From Bacteroidales bacterium (GTDB lineage: Bacteria; Bacteroidota; Bacteroidia; Bacteroidales; B18-G4): 43,786 nt of DNA. A program made the translations under genes and the position numbers. The stretch is from the NCBI GenBank assembly GCA_030606625.1, contig JAUWGC010000002.1:1-43786 (forward strand), in the 5' to 3' direction. Below are positions 16,572 to 24,114 of the stretch, piece after piece. Below the pieces are notes generated by a model that saw only the letters and a list, made by a program, of their open reading frames with translations, searched no databases and had not been told where the DNA came from. The stretch's first letter is position 1. Each line of letters opens with the position of its first letter.

Positions 16572-17723
16572 ATGAATACATTAATGGTGTTAGTTGCTGA
16601 AGCTGATCCATTGGATCGTTGGAAAATTGGAGCGGATCTTGAAAAACTGGGGTTGTCCTGCGAATTTATTCAGATTGAAGATGAATCCCTCGAAGTAATT
16701 CAAGATAAACATTTCGATATGATCCTTGTGGATACTGATGCCACCAAGGTGGATGTCAGTTATATACTCAATAAATTAAAAGATGGGACTAATCAGCCTC
16801 TCAAAAAAATACCTGTTTTTGCCTTGACGGCTGATAAAGACGAAGATCATTTAAACAACTTGAAGGAAAAAGGATTTAATGATTTTCTTTTCAAACCATT
16901 TGACATTGATGAGCTGAAGTCCAAAATAGCCGGCATCTTTCCTCAGATTACTCATTTATCGGGTGATACAAAGGATGAAGATCAAAAACCTGAAATGTCT
17001 GAAGGGACTGTTTATAGCCTGGATTATCTTGAAGAATATGCAAATGGTGATATGGATTTTGTTCATGAAATGGTTCAATTATTTATTGATGAAACACCTA
17101 AAGTTATCAAGGAGTTATTGAAATTCTACAACAAAGGTGACTGGGATAATGTAAGAATGGAAGCCCATAAATTTAGTCCTCAGTTGGCAATTATGGGACT
17201 ATATGGTGGTGTTTCCCTTCTTGAAGAGATCGAAAGAAATGCTAAAACCGGAAAAAACCTTCAAGAAATTCCTGAGTTTATCCATGGTGTGGAAAAAATT
17301 TGTCTGACTGCCATCCAAAAAATGAAATCGGATCTGGTTGATAAGAACAAAAAGATTATCAGGGTTCTGGTATGTGAAGATGACCACATGATGTTGAAAT
17401 TGATTGAGCATAAAATGGCAAGTGAAGGTTATGAAATCATTCTGGCTAAAGATGGTAAGAATGCATCCGAACTCTTAAAGAAAAATGATTACGATCTCAT
17501 TGTTACTGATTTATTGATGCCCTATATGACAGGCTTAGAGCTAATTACACTTGTTCGTTCAAAACTGTCAAAAAACATACCGATTATCGTACTATCAAGA
17601 ATTGGCTTGGAAAACACTGTTCTAAAGGCTTTTGAGTTGGGTGCAGATGATTATATTGTCAAGCCATTCAGTCCGAATGAATTATTAATAAGAGCAAAAA
17701 AATTACTCTCAAAGAAAAAGTAA
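16572..17723 (+). CDS. Phosphorelay protein with REC-Hpt-REC architecture and no output domain
   Basis: The N-terminal receiver shows VLVAEADP...MILVDTD...FALTA...FKPF. The central Hpt-like four-helix segment is DFVHEMVQLFIDETPKVIKELL...WDNVRMEAHKFSPQLAIMG. The C-terminal receiver shows VLVCEDD...LIVTDLLMPYMTG...IIVLS...GADDYIVKPF. The stop overlaps the next start (TAATG at 17721-17725). Confidence 0.75.
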   Translation: MNTLMVLVAEADPLDRWKIGADLEKLGLSCEFIQIEDESLEVIQDKHFDMILVDTDATKVDVSYILNKLKDGTNQPLKKIPVFALTADKDEDHLNNLKEKGFNDFLFKPFDIDELKSKIAGIFPQITHLSGDTKDEDQKPEMSEGTVYSLDYLEEYANGDMDFVHEMVQLFIDETPKVIKELLKFYNKGDWDNVRMEAHKFSPQLAIMGLYGGVSLLEEIERNAKTGKNLQEIPEFIHGVEKICLTAIQKMKSDLVDKNKKIIRVLVCEDDHMMLKLIEHKMASEGYEIILAKDGKNASELLKKNDYDLIVTDLLMPYMTGLELITLVRSKLSKNIPIIVLSRIGLENTVLKAFELGADDYIVKPFSPNELLIRAKKLLSKKK

Positions 17724-19033
17724 TGATACGGACAAATAACAGACGAATTTTTGCGACGGTATTTATCCTGGTGGTTTTTTTTATTACTCCTGATATAGCA
17801 TTATCCCAGGAGAACATTCCACTCGATTCTCTCTTTTTAAAAGCAAGAGACCTGGCTTTCAATAATGAATATAAAGCAGCCAGGGACATATGTAATAACA
17901 TTCTTTCCCAAAATGAACAATACTACGATGCACAAGTTCTTATCGGCAGAACACTCGCCTGGGAAGGAAATTTTGATACAGCACGGAGTGAGTTTAAGGA
18001 AGTGATCACAAAGAAACCAGGCTACCGGGATGCTGTAGATGCGTTGATCGATATGGAATCCTGGGCTGAAAAATTAGATTCAGCACTATATTATTGTGAT
18101 TATGGCTTATCCTATTATCCGAATGATGAACAATTATTGGTAAAAAAAGCAAAGATCCAGATGATGATGGGAGAATTAAATTCATCCCAGCGAACTATTC
18201 TGCAGGTGCTTGATCGCAACCCATCCAATGAACAAGCCAATGAATTGCTTGAAAACATAAAAAGTGTCAATATTTTTAATTATGTTTCAATAGACTATGA
18301 TTTTGAGTTTTATGAAACCCCATGGATCAGGAGATGGCATTTGTTATATTTTTCCTACTTCCGGCAAACATCAATAGGTTCGATTATTGGAAGAGTATAT
18401 CTGGGTGATCTCGTCAAGCAAGAGGAAACGATATTTTCAAAAGAAACCGGTACTGCATTTGAGATTGAGGCTTACCCGATATTTACAAAGAAAAATTATG
18501 CATATATAAACTACATGTATTCGCCTAATGATCTTTTTCCTCGTCACCGGGCCGGCCTGGAAGATTACCAATTGTTACCGTGGACCCTGGAAGTTTCCCT
18601 TGGTGCAAGATATATGTATTTTAAAAACAAAAACGGCTCCAGTGATGATGTATTCATTCTCACAGGTTCTATTGCAAAATATTATAAGAATTATTGGTTT
18701 TCATTCCGGCCTTATATCACGCCTAAATCCAATGGCGTCAGTCAATCTTATCTCCTCAGAATAAGACGATATTTTAATACGGCAGACAATTTTATTCTCC
18801 TCGAGCTTGGAATAGGGAATTCACCGGACGATCCTCTTAACTATCTAGACGATCCAAACAATCCTGATATGTATAAACTACAGAGCTATAATATAAGAAC
18901 TGGTGTTCAGTATCTTATTCTGCCCAGATTATTAACCCGGTTTGAACTGGGATATGAGTATCAGGAATCCATTATTAATGATAAATATCGCAATAATATT
19001 CTCACTAAGATCAGAATTGCGTATTACTTTTAA
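17723..19033 (+). CDS. Outer-membrane protein: N-terminal TPR repeats plus a C-terminal YaiO-type beta-barrel
   Basis: 436-aa ORF with a signal peptide. There are about 4 TPR-like repeats (aa 40-190). The remainder is rich in alternating aromatic and polar beta-strand sequence and ends in ...RIAYYF, a terminal aromatic typical of outer-membrane barrels. The TPR-plus-YaiO layout is recognised from memory of Bacteroidota annotations. Confidence 0.55.
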   Translation: MIRTNNRRIFATVFILVVFFITPDIALSQENIPLDSLFLKARDLAFNNEYKAARDICNNILSQNEQYYDAQVLIGRTLAWEGNFDTARSEFKEVITKKPGYRDAVDALIDMESWAEKLDSALYYCDYGLSYYPNDEQLLVKKAKIQMMMGELNSSQRTILQVLDRNPSNEQANELLENIKSVNIFNYVSIDYDFEFYETPWIRRWHLLYFSYFRQTSIGSIIGRVYLGDLVKQEETIFSKETGTAFEIEAYPIFTKKNYAYINYMYSPNDLFPRHRAGLEDYQLLPWTLEVSLGARYMYFKNKNGSSDDVFILTGSIAKYYKNYWFSFRPYITPKSNGVSQSYLLRIRRYFNTADNFILLELGIGNSPDDPLNYLDDPNNPDMYKLQSYNIRTGVQYLILPRLLTRFELGYEYQESIINDKYRNNILTKIRIAYYF

Positions 19034-19274
19034 TATCTAAAATCGGCGTTCCCCCGAAAAATCCCCGAATAAAACAGTAAAAGAATAAATTCGTCATAAT
19101 ATGAACCAGGCATAATCATAAATTGTGCATAACTAATTAATAAATTCCTCTACTCGTAAGTCTTCCTTAATATTATCATTTTGTATTTTAGGCCGTCCGT
19201 ACTTTTGTGTGTTTGGCATTTTGTATGCATACATTAGCAGGAATGATATTGAAGTTATTATTGATCATAAGATA

Positions 19275-19291
19275 ATCCGTTCATAACGGAT
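19275..19291 (+). promoter_or_regulatory. Hairpin ATCCGTT-cat-AACGGAT ending 6 nt before the start codon of the HEAT-repeat gene; possible translational or processing element
   Basis: It has a perfect 7-bp stem and a 3-nt loop, read directly from the sequence. A TAnnTTTG-type motif (TACTTTTG, 19200-19207) lies upstream in the same 264-nt gap. Confidence 0.3.
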
Positions 19292-19297
19292 GATTTG

Positions 19298-21007
19298 ATG
19301 AAAAATTACCTGATTAGACACAGTATTATTTCGCTTTGCTTAATCATTCCGATAGCAATACGCTTTTTCTTTCCTGCAGGAATGATCGCTCAAAACGACC
19401 AGGGAGCCAAAGAAGAAACTGAATACAAGGTTCAGGTGATGGCAGTATGGAATGAGGCGTATTCTCCACTCCTCATTCAAACTCAATATGAATTAGACAC
19501 CTTGGTCCGGGAGGATTATCATAAGGGCTGGTATAAATATTCAGTTGGGTCTTTTGAGGATTATTGTTCAGCAAGAAATTACAGGGAAAAATTGAGGCGA
19601 GATTACGGGGTGAAAGGAGCGTTTGTTGTATTTTTTTACAAAAACAAAAGAGTTACTACCATTGATTCTGCTGAATATTATGAGGAACAGGCAAAGAAAA
19701 TTGCCTTGCAAAAATTACTGGCATCGTCCGATGAGCAAGTTCGGGATTCACTTCAGTTTGACACCATTATATACCCGAAAGATACAGCCCAGGATGTGTC
19801 ACCTGTTGCAGGAAAGGTTGAAGATGTTGGGCCTGAAGAAGAATCCTCTATCAGAACCGGGAGTTTCAGGACAAGATTAATTAATTTTTTCCACCGCCAA
19901 TTCCCGGTATCCATTTCAATATGGCTGGAAAAGATCGTTAATATAACTTATACCAAGTTAATTGCACTGATCTTTGTTATCCTCATAATATATTTACTCC
20001 TGAATGTTATACTTGTTTCTATTTTTGTTATTATCAATAATATTCGGCGCTCCATCAGGGAAAACAGACAAAAGAAACTCAGGGAACAATATCAGGGTAA
20101 ACTAACGAATTTTTTATTAACTGATGAAAGAACTTTTAAGGAAGTAGTAAATCTGGCCAGGATACAGAAAAGGGAAAAACGTCAAATCCTGATTGGTGAG
20201 CTACTGAATCTTCAGTCCAATGTTTCCGGAGAGGCAAATAAAAAACTTAGTAACCTGTATTATGCACTTCAATTGGATAGAGATTCTTTAAAGAAGCTAA
20301 AACGACTCGACTGGATTATTAAAACAAAAGGACTAAAGGAAATATCCCAGATGGATGTAAAACGTGCAATTCCCCGAATAGATCGTTTTCTAAATGTGAA
20401 AAATGATGTGTTGCGCTCGGAAGCACAATTGGCTTTGGTACGGTTAAATGTAAATGATCCATTTTCATTTTTGGATCGTCTGACAAAATTTTTCACACAA
20501 TGGGAACAACTCCATATCCATACCATAGTAAAAAGGCATAAAATAATTGTCCCTGATTTCAGCCGCTGGTTTGATTCTAAGAATGATTCCGTTGTCATTT
20601 TTGCGGTAAAAATGGCAACAATTTATTATCAGACACATTGTGCCAAAGACTTGGTTGAATTATTATCGCATCCCAACACAGCCGTGCGGAATATTGCTAT
20701 CCAGTCGATCGGCCTGATGAGTTTGCAGGAATTAGATAAACAACTGATGCAGATTTACGCAGACGAAGATTACCAGAATAAATTGGCAATTATTAAGTCA
20801 TTACAGCAGATACCTGATAGCAAGCAGATCGAATTTCTAACGGATGTAATATCCGAAAAGGACTTTAATTTGCAACTGGAAGCCGCCCGGGCTTTATATA
20901 ATATGGGTAAAAGCGGAAGGGAGAGACTGAAAAAAATAGAGATGGAACTCAACGGGGACTTTAAAAAGATTATTAAGCATATCTCTGATAACAGGATTAA
21001 CAAATGA
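19298..21007 (+). CDS. Bitopic membrane protein: signal peptide, periplasmic SPOR-like domain, one TM helix, cytoplasmic HEAT-repeat domain
   Basis: The SPOR-like segment is YKVQVMAVWNEAYS...GWYKYSVGSFEDYCSARNYREKLRRDYGVKGAFVV. The TM helix is LIALIFVILIIYLLLNVILVSIFVII. The C-terminal 330 aa carry HEAT/PBS-lyase-like repeats (...LRSEAQLALVRL..., ...AVRNIAIQSIGLM..., ...LQLEAARALYNMG...). Confidence 0.6.
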   Translation: MKNYLIRHSIISLCLIIPIAIRFFFPAGMIAQNDQGAKEETEYKVQVMAVWNEAYSPLLIQTQYELDTLVREDYHKGWYKYSVGSFEDYCSARNYREKLRRDYGVKGAFVVFFYKNKRVTTIDSAEYYEEQAKKIALQKLLASSDEQVRDSLQFDTIIYPKDTAQDVSPVAGKVEDVGPEEESSIRTGSFRTRLINFFHRQFPVSISIWLEKIVNITYTKLIALIFVILIIYLLLNVILVSIFVIINNIRRSIRENRQKKLREQYQGKLTNFLLTDERTFKEVVNLARIQKREKRQILIGELLNLQSNVSGEANKKLSNLYYALQLDRDSLKKLKRLDWIIKTKGLKEISQMDVKRAIPRIDRFLNVKNDVLRSEAQLALVRLNVNDPFSFLDRLTKFFTQWEQLHIHTIVKRHKIIVPDFSRWFDSKNDSVVIFAVKMATIYYQTHCAKDLVELLSHPNTAVRNIAIQSIGLMSLQELDKQLMQIYADEDYQNKLAIIKSLQQIPDSKQIEFLTDVISEKDFNLQLEAARALYNMGKSGRERLKKIEMELNGDFKKIIKHISDNRINK

Positions 21008-22443
21008 CAGTATCTGAAACTATAACATTTTTCATTGAGAAATTCATTCTATACTATGCAATCTGCATATTGTCCTTTTATGTTATACTTGCAGGGATAT
21101 CGGTATTTGTCCTTAGAAAATATTTGCGGAGAAGAAAATTTGTGGATTACAACCTCATTCTATCTTCTCCTTTTGCTCCCTCCATTTCTATTATAGCACC
21201 GGCCTATAATGAATCAATTACTATTGAGGAGAATATCCGTGCACTTCTATCACTGTTTTATCATAATTTTGAGGTTATCGTGGTAAATGATGGGAGTACG
21301 GATAATTCCATGGAAAAATTAATTAAAACATATGAACTTATACCAGTTGATTTTGCTGTGAATTATAAGATCAAAACACAGGAAATCAAGTGTATCTATA
21401 AATCCCAAAACAAATCATTTAGTAACCTTATAGTTGTCGATAAAAAAAATGGGGGGAAGGCAGATGCATTGAATGCAGGAGTGAACATAGCAAAAAATGA
21501 TTATGTTGTCTCTGTTGATGCCGACTCTATTCTGGCTTCAGACGCATTGTTGAAGCTGGCAAAACCTATACTTGAGGAGAAAAAAAAGAAAGTTATTGCA
21601 GCAGGAGGAGTAGTCCGGATTGCCAATTCATGTCAAATTGAGGGTGGACAAATATTAAAGGTGAATATACCACGAAAGCTTTTGCCCCGCTTCCAGGTGA
21701 TCGAATATACCAGGTCGTTTCTGATGGGAAGGATGGCATGGAGCCAATTGAATGGATTGCTCATTATTTCAGGTGCCCTGGGAGTGTTTGATAAAAAAAT
21801 ACTTATTAATTGCGGCGGATACTTAATAACAACAGTTGGTGAGGATATGGAGCTGGTTGTGCGGATGCGAATGTATTTGGTGGAACAAAAGCAAAAATAC
21901 AAGGTCGTGTACATCCCTGACCCGCTGTGCTGGACAGAAGTACCTGCAAATCTGGTGCAATTAGGCAGACAAAGGAACAGGTGGATTCGCGGAACAATTG
22001 ATACCTTGAAACTGCACAGGAAACTATTCTTTAATCCGCGTTATGGCATCATGGGTATGGTGTCTTATCCTTATTGGTTCTTTTTCGAATGGTTGGCACC
22101 AATACTTGAGTTTCTTGGCATTCTTTATTTTATTATAATTGCCATACTTGGCATTCCCAACTGGTCATTCTTTTTTATCATGCTGGGATTTGTATACTTT
22201 TTCGCCGTTTCCTTTTCCACCTATGCTATCTTATATGAAGAACTAACTTTTCACCAATATGAGAAAAAGTCCGGTCTGTTCAAGTTGTTCATCACAGCAT
22301 GGATAGAACCATTCATATACCATCCCTTGATATTATGGTGGTCTCTCAAGGCAAATTTTGATTATTTTATACTTAAAAAAACAGGTTGGGGATATCTTAA
22401 GAAGAAAGGATTTGTTGAAGGCAATAAAAGAAAGCCCCGGTAA
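21004..22443 (+). CDS. Processive family-2 glycosyltransferase (PgaC/IcaA/NodC/BcsA-like membrane-embedded polysaccharide synthase)
   Basis: There is an N-terminal TM helix. Catalytic motifs present: APAYNE...VVNDGSTDNS, DADS, GEDMEL and the Q-x-x-R-W motif QRNRWIRG. Four or more C-terminal TM helices follow. The start overlaps the upstream stop (ATGA at 21004-21007). Confidence 0.8.
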   Translation: MTVSETITFFIEKFILYYAICILSFYVILAGISVFVLRKYLRRRKFVDYNLILSSPFAPSISIIAPAYNESITIEENIRALLSLFYHNFEVIVVNDGSTDNSMEKLIKTYELIPVDFAVNYKIKTQEIKCIYKSQNKSFSNLIVVDKKNGGKADALNAGVNIAKNDYVVSVDADSILASDALLKLAKPILEEKKKKVIAAGGVVRIANSCQIEGGQILKVNIPRKLLPRFQVIEYTRSFLMGRMAWSQLNGLLIISGALGVFDKKILINCGGYLITTVGEDMELVVRMRMYLVEQKQKYKVVYIPDPLCWTEVPANLVQLGRQRNRWIRGTIDTLKLHRKLFFNPRYGIMGMVSYPYWFFFEWLAPILEFLGILYFIIIAILGIPNWSFFFIMLGFVYFFAVSFSTYAILYEELTFHQYEKKSGLFKLFITAWIEPFIYHPLILWWSLKANFDYFILKKTGWGYLKKKGFVEGNKRKPR

Positions 22444-22460
22444 TCGCCAGGGGCATTTTT
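22434..22460 (+). terminator. Rho-independent terminator closing the REC-Hpt-REC/YaiO/HEAT/GT2 operon
   Basis: GCCCC-ggtaatcgcca-GGGGC is followed by ATTTTT. The stem overlaps the stop codon at 22441-22443. Confidence 0.6.
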
Positions 22461-22741
22461 CGTCTCAGCTAGTATGTTACCAACTACCAGAAATGTATTT
22501 ACATCCAGCACACAGATATCCTTAAACCCTGTACTTGGGAGTTGAGTTGAATCCTCTTGCCAGAGCCAGGTTTTACATCTTCCTATGCATGTAAAATGGT
22601 CCCGAAGAATCTGTTGCTTTTGCCAATAGCCAATAGAAGCATCTTTAAAAGAATATGATCATTATTTGAGTCTCTTTTGTATGCTACAACAGCAAAAATT
22701 ATAAGGATAATCAGTGAATAATTACAAATATGCTTTTACAT

Positions 22742-22749
22742 TATATTTG
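22742..22749 (+). promoter_or_regulatory. Bacteroidota -7 promoter motif TAnnTTTG (TATATTTG) upstream of 22862..24082
   Basis: This is a motif match only, 113 nt upstream of the ATG. Confidence 0.3.
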
Positions 22750-22861
22750 CCTTGGGGGTAATCGGTTTGAAAATTTTTTATCCTTCAGTTGACTGTTGAG
22801 CCAATTTTATATGTATATTTAACATATTCTTATCAAGATTATTAATATAGCTTGTATCATT

Positions 22862-24082
22862 ATGAAAACACGATTATTAATACTCGGAATACTGATATCC
22901 TTCCAGGCTTCTGCCACCTGGCTGCCTTTTGGGCCTGAAGGCATCGTTGCTAACAATGTTTGTTTTGTCATCGACAACATGAACCATTGGGTAATCTGTC
23001 ATGATGAGGGAATATGTATTTATGACCATGTTACCCAAACCTGGACCGACCATCCATCCGACCTGCCCGTACGGGATGCTTATTATCTGGACGGGGACAA
23101 GATCCTCGTGATCATGGGGAACGGCAGTTACTCCGACGGAATTTATGCGTTTAACCCGGCATCCAATCAGTATGAATTGATCAAATACCTTGAAAGCCCA
23201 CAATTCATACACTTCAATGATACTAATCAACAATATTATGTTGGCTACCATCTCGGATTTGTCACTTCGCCGGATGGTTTCATCTGGACAACCATCGAGA
23301 TATTCAACAACAAAAGTATTGTGGCCATGGATACTTATCAAAACCATTTTGTGGTTTCGGAAATGGATAACCAATATGGAATTTGGTATTCTGATGATTA
23401 CGGCAGCACATGGGTAAAGTCTCTGACAGGCTCACCCATGATCAGTTGTTTGGGATTCGATTTTGCTGGTAAACTATATGGAATATATCCTGATGAAAGC
23501 TGGTCATCAGGATTATGGTCTTCCACAGATTACGGACAAATCTGGGAAGTCGAATTCTGGTCGATAAATATGAGTTGTGTTGGTTTTGACGCTATGGCAA
23601 GTGTTTTTGTAGGATGGGGATATAATCCCACAGGAACGGAGGAAGGCATTGCACTTTATATTCCTGAAGATGATTCGCTTCGCTTTTTGAATGAAGGTTT
23701 GCCAAACCTGATCGTCAATAAGATAACACACGATCCCTGGATGAGCGCTATCGCCCTGTTTTGTTGTACTGAAAATGGTGTTTATGTAAGCTACGATTAT
23801 GTTGGTGTTATTGAAAATAAGTATCCTGGAGAAATATGCCAGCTCAATATTATGCCTAACCCGGTTACAAAAACTGCTTTGGTAAATTACTTGTTACCGG
23901 AGCACACTAACCATGCAACCCTGCTGATCTGCCAGCAGGATGGAAAAACAATCTGGGAAAACCAGGTGGATCATCCGGAAGGCAGTCTGAAACTCGATTG
24001 TTCGGATTTCCCTTCGGGAATATATTATGTTATCCTGAGGGGGCGGAATTTCAGTACCTGTAAGAAGATGCTTGTACGATAG
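22862..24082 (+). CDS. Secreted BNR/Asp-box propeller-like protein with a T9SS type A CTD
   Basis: It has a signal peptide (MKTRLLILGILISFQASA), Asp boxes YSDDYGSTW and SSTDYGQIW, and the CTD NIMPNPVTKTALVNY...GIYYVILRG...KKMLV. The gene ends in TAG (24080-24082). Confidence 0.75.
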   Translation: MKTRLLILGILISFQASATWLPFGPEGIVANNVCFVIDNMNHWVICHDEGICIYDHVTQTWTDHPSDLPVRDAYYLDGDKILVIMGNGSYSDGIYAFNPASNQYELIKYLESPQFIHFNDTNQQYYVGYHLGFVTSPDGFIWTTIEIFNNKSIVAMDTYQNHFVVSEMDNQYGIWYSDDYGSTWVKSLTGSPMISCLGFDFAGKLYGIYPDESWSSGLWSSTDYGQIWEVEFWSINMSCVGFDAMASVFVGWGYNPTGTEEGIALYIPEDDSLRFLNEGLPNLIVNKITHDPWMSAIALFCCTENGVYVSYDYVGVIENKYPGEICQLNIMPNPVTKTALVNYLLPEHTNHATLLICQQDGKTIWENQVDHPEGSLKLDCSDFPSGIYYVILRGRNFSTCKKMLVR

Positions 24083-24114
24083 CTGTGAAATCATTAAACA
24101 AAAACCATTGATCC

